Below, in pieces: positions 12,485 through 24,670 of a stretch of DNA of 64,000 nucleotides. How positions within the stretch are numbered: position 1 is the first letter of the stretch; every line of letters begins with the position of its first letter. Source of the DNA: Takakia lepidozioides (Eukaryota > Plantae > Bryophyta). The stretch spans positions 61,318,001-61,382,000 of the forward strand of contig CM060732.1 in the NCBI GenBank assembly GCA_030704615.1, read 5' to 3'. Under the pieces are notes generated by a model, which was not told the DNA's origin, did not search any database, and was given only the letters and a program-made list of their open reading frames with translations. The translations under genes were made by a program, and so were the position numbers.

Positions 12485-13785
12485 CAGCCAGCAGGGACAG
12501 AGAACCAGTTCCTCTTCTCATCTCCAGCATTTATTGTCTGCAATCAACCCAATGTCCCAGAGAAGCTTTCAGCTCCCTGCAGCCTCCTACCTCCATCATC
12601 TGCCCTTGTTTCATTTTTTCTGAAGTGGTTTCTTCTTGGATCGTACCTTGACTTTGATCCCAACTGCTTTGCCCTTTTGTTCGCGCCTATCGAACTGAGG
12701 CAAGAGTTAGCTCGATCCTCGTGCATATTAACCTATGGACTCTGAACTTAACCTTAGACATTAAACCATACCCTAATTAGTGTCAGAGTACATGTCTAAC
12801 GGTCGCTCAGCTGCTTTAAATGAATATTCCGTCCTACTGACTTATCCATATTCGTTACGAAATTTAAGAGGCTGCCATGGTTGCATGTCGATAACGTGTC
12901 AGTCGTCCATTGTAGGGACATGGCTGGACCGTTGAGCGTAATTTGAATGTCGACCGCTGATAGCTGTGGTTAGTAAAGTCGGTAAAAGCGTAAGTTCTCT
13001 TACAAGTGAGGGGGAGTTAATAGTAAGTGAAAAGCCACATTTTCCACTTTTACTAGTAAGTGACTAATGGCATCTTTACAACTGTATAGATGAAATGTAC
13101 AAGAATCTATGGATGAATGAGCGTGGGATTTCGTGGATGTTGAACTGATTGGCAGCTGTCTTTGCTTCATGTTGTAGGACTAAGTAAATTCTTGGGTGGG
13201 AGGACTGAGGGAGTGAAGTTTGCCTTAGATTGTGGGTAAAGAAAGCTAAGAGCAGTGAGAGTGTCTGAGTGTGAGAGTGTTTGTGAAAGTCTGTGTATCT
13301 CTGACAGAGCGTTCACAGCTTCTGCGTGCTTGTACCTGCTCCAAGGCTTCCAATTCGGTAACGGAGACGCCTGCGGACACGAACATTGCTTCTTTCTTGC
13401 AGTTTTGGTAGTTATTTAGTATAGTCCTTGGTCAATTTGGTGGACGCTCTTCAGCAGGGCCTACATTTGCTGCAATGTGAGTGCGCTTGTGTATTATAGA
13501 GGGAGGGAGGGAGGGAGGGAGGGAGGGGGAAACTCAGATACGTACAGAGATTGGAAGACGATACGTGCAGAGGAGACTGCGTTTATGCTTGGATCGAAGT
13601 CAAGTAGGCGGACTACCTGTTTAAGCAGCAAGAGACAAGCCCCGCGAACACCGGTAGCTGAAAGGGGAACGAGAGATTCTGGTAGCGGGAGGTTTTCCTG
13701 GTATTCTCACTGAAAGGAGGTTGGAAAATGCGCAGAAGACCTGAATTTCGAAGGCTATGGTTTGAAGTGGAAAGGTGACACCATC

Positions 13786-16700
13786 ATGAGATCCGGTAGC
13801 CTTTCACAAATGCCTGTCCTAATTTGTACATCTCACTATTTGCCTCTGTCTGGCTGTCGGATCTAGTTGAGCCCCGGCTGTAGAAATTTCCCTGAAGTCC
13901 TGTATCCTCCCTGTGCCTTGTTCCTAGCAAGGGGAGAGCATTTTGAGCAATGAAGATGGCATGTTTCACCTGAATCTTTCTCGAGTGAGCCTGAAGCCTG
14001 TGGAGGGAAGAATCGGAAAGGGATTGCGATCAGCTGGTTAGGCATTACCTCGGTCTTTTCCTAGGATGCACCGTCTTCCTCCCTTCCTTTCACAATCGAC
14101 ATAACGACTTTCCCGAATAGAAGGATGTCTACCTCTCTCTCCTCAAGCTCTGGGCTATTTGGGGACCTTATATTTCTCCTTTCTCTCTCTTCTCTTCTAG
14201 ACACACCTGTCCCGTTAGCATGTTGTCATTAAGAGGTTTACGGGAAAAATCTGAATGGCCACAGTGTGCTACATGTATAGAAACCGGTCCCACTAGAAGA
14301 GCGGGCCTTCTTACCTGGTGATGCCTTATTCCGCTCTTCTTTTGTCCCTCCCTCCGCCACACTCTTTCTGCTTCATTCAACCTAGGGGGAATCTGTCGAT
14401 GGTAAGCAAAGTCTAGCTCCCACTCTGATCCTTGGCAAGGTTCTCTCTTATTCAACGTTACCCTGACAAGGTTTAGTTCATCACGCATCTTAAAGGACTG
14501 TGTCTTATCGAAAAGCGGGGTGCCGACGGTGAACATATAGGACCTTCCTATGCCGTCTTCAGCCTTCACTCAGCTGAAATTTCCGCCTTTTTGCAGCTGA
14601 TGAGAAAGTAGTCTGTTGTAGTCCTTCTTTTGGCTTGAACATCAATATTGGTCCGTCCTATGCAAGGCCTCAAGTGCGACGTGCTTGGGTGTCTTCTGAA
14701 CCGAGGAAGCAGCATATTTGGCATTCTTTGAATATTTCACTCTTGTTTCCATGATTACAAGTGAGCGGACTTGTAAATCACATTTTTTCTGGTGAAATGC
14801 CAGTAGATCATTGGTAGCATACCAGTAAAGGTATGAAGTAGCAATTGTAACTCAGCATTGGTTGTGTTTAGGATGGCGCTCCAAATCGGAGGAAGCATCA
14901 CCATCAAACTCTGAAGAATTCAGACGGAAGAAACAAGAAGGGAGTTTCCGGAGGGTTGTCTTAGGTTTGTACCCATGACTCGACAATATTGTGAGATTTG
15001 CATTGAGAATCTTGCCAGATCTGTTTGCTCTGTGACAGGAACTCCACAAACCACTCATTCATTCTCAATTTTAGGATTTCTTTTAATGGTTGTCTTACCC
15101 TCTAATCACTGCAGAGAGGGGGTGTGTGTGAAATATCATATTCCCAAGTGTGCTATGCCTAAGCTACTTATAAGTTCTCATATCCTCAAGACAATGCTGC
15201 AGAAGGACTTAAGGAATTCTCTAAGCGATTTGTGAACAGCGACAACTTCATTATTGAGATCCAGGGGTGGTTACAAGAAAATCTTGAGAGTCTATCATCA
15301 GGGACATCCCAATTTCATCCTCCATTCCAACTCGACGATCTCCGGGTGCTGGACTTTGCACTGGAAGGTGTTCCATTCCAACAGCTACTGCGAATGCCAT
15401 CAGTCCAGACATCCACACCTCCGTCTGGTAGGTGTGTGCGTAGGGGCAAGCCTAATAACTTCATAAATTTCTGCCTCATTTCACATTTTTTGGAAAAAAA
15501 AAATTGATGACAGTACCATTTGATTACCAAGAAACTTTTGACTAGCTGGGGTCCTGGTCAGCAGATGGATGCTCCTCTGAATTTCTTATGACCTCCCACT
15601 ATAGGCTCCACCCAATACTCAACACACAAGATCCAACAGACAACAACAACAGCAATATCTAAAGACTTTATGCCGAGACTGACGGAGTCCCCTGATGTAT
15701 GCATTCTGCTTTTGAAAGAACCAAGACTTTTCAAACACTTCTAGTTTCGTGAAGTGATGGAGATTTGTGATGAGTCTCTCTCTTGCTAGCAGAGGCAGAC
15801 ATATATCTGGCAGTGGAGGATTTCTTGCATGCAAGCACTCAACGATTGTGGGAGACTTTTTGGACAAGTTCTGATGATTCCCAATGTATGCCTTTCTTCA
15901 TAAGTGGCCCACCGAATTCGACTTCAAAGTCAAAACTGGTATGGTCAATGAATGCTTGCAATTGACTTCATGAAACTTGCCTGAGGTCATCGCATTGTTA
16001 CTCAAAATCGTTCTCATGAGGAACTTTTTTCATCATTCATGTCAGTGAGAGGCATGGCTGAGTGATTGGAAGCATTGATTTGATGGCCATTGACTGGTAT
16101 GTGTTTGTAACATGGTTTGGAGGTTGTGCTGAGCATCATATTGTTTGCCAGTAATCTAGAACTTGTGATAACCATGTAGGGATGTTTGAAACAAAAATAT
16201 CATTGCTTTGGCCTATCGGATTCAGAGAACAAATTTCAGATACTCTCAAGTCTTCAAGCTCCGTAGACACCCACTGGGAGTAACTGATGGGTGCTGTAGT
16301 GTATGGATACGAGTCTGTTGACAGCGAAGTACAGTAGAGCAATTACTCATGTACTTGAACCTGGTATAGCAAATTTGCAACTTGTAGGTTTGCAGTCTGG
16401 CGGAAGTTTCAGGATTTTGAAGCTTAACTAGCAGATGTCTTTACAGCTGTTACCTCCTCCAAAGAGCCACATTTTCCACATTGACCATCATAGCATATAA
16501 TTGGTAGTTCACTCACTGGAGTACCACGTGAACATCATTCAGGACCAGACATTGCCAAATAAAAGAGAGGATATCAAAGACATCTTTGCTAGATTGACCC
16601 ATTTTCCTTGGCAGGCAGCTATACTCGAAAGGGCAAGTCCGATGGGGAGGGTGAGCACACTTCCTGGTGTTGCCCTGGTAGCAAAGAGCGGCAGAAGTGG

Positions 16701-18999
16701 AGTACTGTCTGGGCATGTGCCATGGGAACATGTTGCAGCGTTTGTGGAAACTATGGATGATGTGACAGGGGCACTTTCCCAAGGAGGGCACACTGTCCCA
16801 GCCCTAGGGATTGTAGGACGTGCTCTTTTCCATGGCCTGGTAATGCTTTCATCTCGACTTCTGGCTGAGAGAAATCCTGTGATATGCCACAATGCAGATA
16901 CAGCATATGTCTTGTTTGTAGATACACAACAGGGAGGTGTGGTAAGACTAAAAGGAGACATTGCAAAGCTGGAAACAAACACAAATGAAGTCTACATTAG
17001 TGCTGCACATTGGATGAAGGAGCATGTGGAAATTGCCATTTCTCCCGTTGATCAAGTGTGGAATAGATTTGGCAATGCAAATTGGGGAGATATTGGTGCG
17101 CTGCAGCTGCTTTTAGCACTCTACCATTCAATTGAGCAGTGCAAGGGCCCACCACAAAAACCAGTGGCAGGGATGGCAGCACAACACTGTGCCAGGTTGC
17201 AGCAAAGGCAGATGCAACGCAAAAGTCTTGACATCCAAGAAAATGGTGCTGCATCCTCCAACCATAGCCACTCCGACCGTGGCAGCCATCCTGAGATAGT
17301 TGAGATCGAGGAAGGAGACGAGGTGAGCTACAGCCTACATGCTCCCACTTTCATGTACTCTCTGTGTGCAATTATTCTGTAGTAAGACAGCCCTGGTTGA
17401 AAAACCAAATCCTGCTTCAAGGTTTTGATCCATGTAAGGTTCATTTTTTAGTCAAATGACAACTTGATGATTACAGAACTTATTAGGACCACTGCAGGCC
17501 CAAAGGAGAGAGAGGAGGGATGGCATCTGTGGTGCCAGCATGTCCACATGAGAGCAGGGTATAATATTTATACTTCCCCTGGAGGTGCATGGGACAGACC
17601 TTGATTGGGGTGGCTTGCATATGGTGCAATGGCAGGTTACCCAGCCCAGGCGCAGTCGGGGTGCCCCTCAACACATGATGAAGTTTGAGCCTGGCACAAT
17701 TCTATGGCTGGAAGATGCTCATTGGCAACGGGGTTTTCAGATTCATGAGCAACTAGGCAGCAGGCTGCAATCATTGTACAGAGCTTCTTCTCTTGACGAA
17801 GTGGAGAAGTCTCTCACTGTCTATGTGGGGGCACACCCCTCACAGCTGGAGCCCTCATGGGAAGATATGAGCACATGGTACCAGGCAAGTGGATGACCCT
17901 CGTACTGCATCCTGTTTTGGGATTAACCACTGGGGGATCTCTGCAATGCTCAGTCACCCTAAAACTTCCCCTGGCCTTGGGTATAATGAAACCGTCACTC
18001 AGTTCTGTCATTATTCTTGGATGGGATGTTTTGGTCTCTACTTCCAGAGAGCTATTTGGGAGAGTTGCATATTGTAAGTCAAGGGTCTCGAAGGAAAGGT
18101 GTCAAGCACTAGATCTGTAATCTGAACAAAAACTGTCTCTGATGTTTCCATAGCGTTTTTGTCAGCAACTAGGCTAGACACAAAAACCAAAACCAAATAT
18201 GGTTTTGCTTTGCAAACTTCTAAGGTTACATGTCCTAAAATGTGGGGTTGTTTTCCAGGTTCAGAGGCAGACACGTGTGTTGAATGTCATGACGCAGCGG
18301 GGTATCTCCTGCAAGTTTTTGCCACAGATAATTGCATCTGGCAGACTTATGCATCCAGGGCCATGCTCAAAGAAAAGCGCCATGGACCGCTGTGACCACC
18401 CATTGTGTGGGACCCCGGTCCTTGTGACCTCTCCTGTAGGGGAGACTATTGAATCGGTCATAGAGAGGGAGGGCCTCTTTTCAACAGACGAAGCTCTTCG
18501 CTGCTGCCATGATTGTTTGTCTGCCTTGCAGAGCACAGTTGCTGCAGGGATCCAACATGGGGATATAACCCCAGAGCATGTTATTCGGGTTACAGGGGCC
18601 GATGGCGAGTTTTACTATGTGCTGGCGGACTGGGGGCGTGGAGTGCTGGAGGAGAGGGATAGGCCAGCTGTAGTCCCCAAATTTTCATCCACATCCGCAC
18701 TCCAAGAGGGGAAGCTCTGTCCAGCTTCAGACGCAGAGAGCCTGGTCTATCTCCTCTTCTTTGTCTGTGGGGGTAGTACGCCAGATTTTGAAAGCATGGA
18801 AGCTGCATTGCAATGGAGAGACACAGTCTGGGCCCGGAGAGCCATTCAGCAGCAACTAGGCGAGATCTCTGCAGTTTTGAAGGCATTCGCCGACTACGTA
18901 GACACACTCTGCGGTACACCCTATCCAGTCGATTACAACGTATGGTTGTGTCGTTTGAAGCATGCCCTTAGTCATGATGACCCTCGCATCACTGTATAA
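13786..18999 (+). CDS. Plant-specific protein with a C-terminal kinase-like domain (At2g40980-like); exons about 13786-13795 (tentative), 14872-14964, 15203-15427, 15790-15938, 16615-17322, 17636-17884, 18259-18999
   Basis: Exons join in frame and carry family-like motifs (FALEGVPFQQLLRMP, VEDFLH, QVWNRFGNANWGDIGALQLL, YVGAHPSQLEPSWEDMSTWYQ|VQRQTRVLN, CDHPLCGTP, HGDITPEH, LADWG, CPASDAESLVYLL). The first micro-exon (MRSG) is a guess from phase. The last intron is GC-AG. Family assignment is from memory. Confidence 0.8.
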
Positions 19000-21544
19000 T
19001 TGTTTCACTAGCAAGGAGAGCACTCACTAATCTGAGGAGTGAGGTCTCTCTGATTTTCTTTTTGTAAGACTTTGTACCAAGCATCAGAGCCTTCCTTTTT
19101 TGCTCACTATTCTTGAGCTGAAAATGAGGCCCCATACAGCTGTACTTAACTACACTCAACTGTATTAAAGTAACTAGCAAGAAGGAAAAGGAGAGCAGGC
19201 TCACCGATAGTGAATTTTAAAGTGAAAGTCCACAAGGTGTGAAAAATCAGCAAACTTAAGCCTGGTCTAGCAATGAAAGAGAATCAATCGATACATACGA
19301 GTGTTAAATTCTAACACTCACTAGATATGTAGGAATTTAGGAAAGGGTCTTGTGTGTAGCCACTTTCCAAGTACATGATTTCTCAACTGCAACCCTAGTG
19401 TACTTCCTTGGTGTCGAATTGTTTCATTGGTGCATGATATCAACTTCTACCCAAAATTTGAACCTCGGCATGGTGCCAAAAATTGCACACTGGAACTACA
19501 GTTCCTCCAAATGGCAACTGCTACATTTACAGATCCAACAGACAACTTTGCTGATGAGTTCAGTGATTGCCTTTGGTAGAGTACACCTTTGGAAACCCCT
19601 CTGGAGCAAATTGATACCTCTTATGAAGAGGCTCTTGTTGTTATGATATCTACTTTCTCTGTTCAGCAAATCTCACAGGGCTAACTAAGTGATTGAAGCC
19701 AATGCCCCATCTTGCCTTCAAGTGACATGTTGCAAGTGTGATTATAGTTCAAACAGTCAGTGGGTACTACACAAGGAAGGTCATTTGATTATGAAGGATC
19801 AATCTTGTATGGAGTATTTGCTCCTGCCAGGGGCTCTGAAAAGTTGATTACATCTGTGATTGCGTTCGAAAACAATCAGGTGCTCACCTCCAGGTCATGG
19901 CCTCAATAGATCTCTCAATGAACCAATTATAGGGAATCAGTAATGTTGACAAGGAATATCTACACTTGGCAGGCATGCCATACTCCTTGTTCTCCAGATT
20001 CAACTTCCATAAAATCCACCTCAGAAGACTCCTGACTTCAAACACTCATTAATCAAGTACCTCAGGGCACTACACAGATTTCTCTCAAGCAAATCAATTT
20101 GGACTATGTGCTCAGAAAATAGAAAACAGTGGAGAAATTTTTTTGGGTTCAGCTTAAATTGTTTGTATACACCAAAGCAAGGGAGTCAATAGTTCTTTCA
20201 TCTGATTATCTCCAACCCTTCCACTCCACTGTGGCTGGTTGATCTCTCTTCATACCTACTCATCCCCCATTATATCAGACCTGTTTGGATATAAACTGCC
20301 AAGCAACCCAAGGACAACCTTCTCATACAGCTGATGTAACATCTTTCATACACGAACCCTGACATGACCGACACCGGTCAATAGTCAAAAGAAGACTACT
20401 TCCGTCAAATTAAGGTGACAATTACAGAGGTGACAAATAGGAGAGTTTCAATGGAGTGCCGAAACAGAGTCCGCCTAACTATGGCAGCAGTCAGGTGCCA
20501 GCGAACTCCCCCAGCAGTTGTACAGCAGCAGCTTTTTGTACAGCAGTTGCACGCACATGGTAGCTCCCTCCAGTAGTATACAAGCTACATAAATGTTGTG
20601 CTCCTTTACCAACCCAAAAGCTGCCATTCCAATCACCCACAACAATGCATTCTTAGTTTCAAGTAACAAGAGCAGAGTACCTGTTTCTGTAATTCGGTAT
20701 ACGAAGCCCACTAGAGCCACACTAAGCATACAAATCATCTATTGAAGTATAGAGTAGCAACTTACCAACATTAAAAGGTGAACCAAACAGTGTTGTACAG
20801 AGCCAAGTTACAACCTAAACTAGCGCAACGCACAGTGTCATCTTAACATTGTGTTCAGATGTCCAGACCATCACTTTCATCATGTGTGGTGGAGACAAGT
20901 TGCCACTTATTCTGACAATACGCATACAAGGATGAGCAATAACATGAAGCTCACAACATCATGTTGGTGAGCCAACTTCCAACTCAGAGATAAGTATGCA
21001 CTGAAGAGAACTTTTCATAAGCGGTAACACATGATAAGAGTTGGCCACTAAAAGTCTTCAACCGAGGGTCAAAAAGGGTGTGCAAAAGTTTTAAAACTCG
21101 GTACAGGAAATGTTAAGTTCGTCACCATCCCACTTCAGGGGAAAGACAATTTCCCTACTAGTGAGTATATTTCATGGGTAGCAAAAAGTCCGACTATGAA
21201 AAGGCCCTCACAACTTTCTGGGCATAAACACCTAGATCAAATTCAGCTGATCACAAAATCACATCTCAGGAACTTCTTTGTAGGAAACAAGATAATGAAA
21301 GAGCACAACTGGAGTTCTTGCGAATTTTCCGGTCCATAACTCATGTCTCCAATCACATCCATCACTCTCCACCTCCACCTCATCTCTCCCTTCCTCATTT
21401 CCCCCTTCACCAGCCTGCCCCCATCTCAACACAGTCTAAGCTGGTTGTTTCTCATCACCCTGAGAACTAACAAACAAACATAAATAAATAACGCCAAATG
21501 CACAGGACGTACCAGCAATGAAACGAGTTCACATTGGACAAACC

Positions 21545-22488
21545 TCAGTCCTCGTACACCCGGCACTCATCAGTCTCTGGATTATCCTTGCAAAAGGCCT
21601 CCAAGGGGTCTTTGGTTTCCTGCGCTCGGTCACGTTTGTGTGAGGCTTCTGCACTAAGTTCCTCTACATCATCCCAGGCAGCAGCACACTCTCCGGAGGT
21701 TTCATCGGCGGCACAGACCTCTTGGGCCTCTTCGATGCTCTTTCTCACCTGCCACCAAATAAGCCAATCGCACTGAGCGTTAGCTCACCAGCAAGTGAGA
21801 AGCACTTCAGGTGGGGGAACATATGCTTGTTCGAAGTATAAGTGCCCTGACTGCACAAAGACCTGAGGCAGTGGAGATAAGGAAAGTCTACGACACCGAG
21901 ATTGGATAATTAACGGACCACGGGGATCGATAGGACGACCCCTGCAGGTGCACATATTCATGCAAGCGTCACACAAGCGCAGTGTGTGCTTTTCGTTAGA
22001 CTTGGAGGAAAACAGAGTAATCATTGCCCAAGCAGTTCTGCAGATATTGCGACAGTAACAACTGCGCGAAGCTGAAAACAAACCGGTCAAATGTCCAGAC
22101 GAATTCTTCAATAGAAGGAAAGGCCACTGAAAGGGGGAAAGACAGATAGGCGATAGAGCGAGCGACAGCAAGCCATTGAACAACCAAAAGCAAGTAGTCC
22201 TGAAAAATACTGCATCCGCAAGCTACGACCGGGATTTCATCTATCCCGTAGGTTAAATGCACCGTGTACCTGTGCGTCCAGGTCATCCTTCTTGGTGGTT
22301 TGCACACCGGAGCCTTGCGGTGTGGCCATCGCCACCACCCGAGAGCCGGTTGTCTTGCACCGAAGTGGGGCGACGAGAGCCAGAGGCGCAGGTACCATCC
22401 TTACAGACGACAACGATGACTGTGCGAGGGCCACAGCTGGGGTAGCGGCAGAGACTGCCAAGGACGTCGCCATGGTGAGCGAGGCCAT
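21545..22488 (-). CDS. CP12: Chloroplast Calvin-cycle regulatory protein CP12; exons 22488-22270 and 21748-21545
   Basis: Ala/Ser-rich transit peptide, N-terminal Cys pair (VCAADETSGEC), AWDDVEEL core and C-terminal DPLEAFCKDNPETDECRVYED. GT-AG intron at 22269-21749, phase 0. Confidence 0.96.
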
Positions 22489-22719
22489 AGCAACGGGGGA
22501 TCCAACCGCTGCACGAACTGCAATTCAAACTCTTCTTATGTGAGCAACACAATCGCAAGCAAGCAAATCTCAAGGTGCGCAAAGCAGACAGGGAAGATGC
22601 AGCGGAAGAATCAGCCTGCAATTGGCTATGGCGTGACGAGAGAGACGATGCCCCTCGGGCAGGTCAAGGGGCAGCATGAATCATTTTATCATCCTGCCCG
22701 TGAGCTCGGATATCCATCG

Positions 22720-22886
22720 CCACGTCTGCCCGCGACCAAGGGGCAGCTCTCAGAACAATTTTCGACCTGCCGGGATTAGATAGTCGGAGGCACGTGGCAG
22801 AGTGCAAGCCTTGTGTTGCAGCGTGGCTGCACGGCAATGCGCTTTCTCGTTAAGAAAATGTTGAACGAATGGTTTCGTCGCACGTG
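22720..22886. promoter_or_regulatory. G-box/ACGT cluster in the divergent CP12 / DnaJ promoter
   Basis: CACGTGGC at 22791-22798, CACGTG at 22881-22886 and CCACGT near 22720, upstream of a photosynthetic gene. Confidence 0.45.
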
Positions 22887-23343
22887 GACGGAACTATGCG
22901 AGAATCCGTCCGCGTCCCAGGTGCTGTCCCACGGGACGGATGAAGGGACCGCTGTGACGACACCCCCCGAATTCGCCACTGTACAGGGGTTTCGCCAATA
23001 TATTTGGCGAGACGTAAAATATAATTATGGCAAAAGTGGAAGCAAACCCTAAAACTGCGAGCTTGGGCCATGGGTGGCGAATTCACAGTTGTTTGATGCG
23101 AGCTACTGAGGTAGAGCGAGGAAGAGATGGAGAAGAGAAGGGCAGAGAGGAGATTGGGGAGCTGGAGGGGGGGACGAAGTCTGTAAGGGTAGAGTGAGGT
23201 ACGGGACGAGTTGTTGCGAAAATGAAGGAGAGGTTTGCGGAGCTCTGTGGTTTTTTCGATGATTCAGATAGCGGAATGTGGAGAGTTTTGATTATGTGTG
23301 AGCAAGTGGGGTGATTGTTGCGAGGAAAGTAGAGGCGGGGGGC

Positions 23344-24617
23344 ATGGAGCGGCTGGAGATGGAGGGACAGCCTCCCAGAGAGCTGTATGCGTTGTTGCAT
23401 CTCTCTCCGGAAGCCTCCGACGACGATATAAAGAAAGCATATAGACAATGGGCACAGATATATCACCCCGACAAGTACCAGACTCCGCAGGTTAGCCTTT
23501 TGTTTCTTTTTTTTTGCGCGTGTCTCTCTCTGCTTTCATTCTCCTTTCCTCCTTTGTGTCCACCTACATTTGCACATGGACAATCTGCTTCTCTGAATCT
23601 TTCTTTTCGGGAATTTTTGTCTGGCACCTTTCCTCTCAGATATGCTTATTTCTCCTTAGGAATTGTTCTTATTACATTCTGTTTCCCAGTTACATCTCCC
23701 GAGGTTTAAATGAGGGTTTAGGTTCTATCATACTATTGGCCGACCCCAATTTGTCTGTCTGAATTTGCATTTTTGTCCATTATTTGGGAAAGAGGGAGCT
23801 GGGATCAATTGAGCTGTTATTCCTTATAGGTTACTGATCGGAAGTGAATTTTTCTTACTCCCGTTTGGCCCCTTGCGCCCATATCTCTCTCTAATTTGCT
23901 GTTTGTCTCTGTTTATACTCAGGGGAAGTAGATAAAATCATCTAGAACACACAAGATGGATACCATCGAAATGGGGAATTGGTGGGCTATCGTTAGCTCT
24001 CCATCAGATCTCCGTTACTTCGTTTAGGGCAGTAAGTTCAAGCAGTGTTTGCATCCGGAAAAATCTTAGATTTTACAGAGTCAAAACTAGTTCTAGTGTA
24101 ATGGACCCTAGTTACGCAGCTTCAAGTATTGCAGGTCCCGAATCAAGGGGAATGCAAGAGTTGCTAGATATTGAGACCATGATAGCAAGGTGAGGGAAAG
24201 TAGATGCCTTACATTTTCATAGGGGAAGGGGTTCTTCAGATTGATTCTCACAAGTCATCCAGCTAAAAACACACAGAAGGACTAAAGCTTTATTGCATTG
24301 AGTGGCTGGCAGATGCAAGACACTGCAACCCAGAATTTCCAGCGGATTCGGGAGGCTTATGAGATTTTGAGTGACGAGCGTAAGCGACAAATCTATGATC
24401 TCTATGGTATGGAAGGGTTGACATCAGGTTTAGAGCTAGGGCCAAAGCTAAAAACAAGAGAAGAAGTGAGGGCAGAGTTTGAGCGGTTGCAGCAGCGGCA
24501 GGAAGAAAGGCAACTGGCAGCTCATATCCACCACCAAGGCTCTCTCCTTTTCAACTTGTCATTATCCGAGTTTTTAGAGTCATTCAAAACCGGGCCAAGC
24601 ATAAATGGGTCTGTGTG

Positions 24618-24670
<53 letters not shown>

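Noticed and set aside
12298-12745. Ser/Leu/Phe-rich ORFs
   Set aside because: Translations of the (CTTCT)n microsatellite.
13005-13020. TGAGGGGGAG Copia-type polypurine tract
   Set aside because: No recognisable pol sequence or paired LTR nearby.
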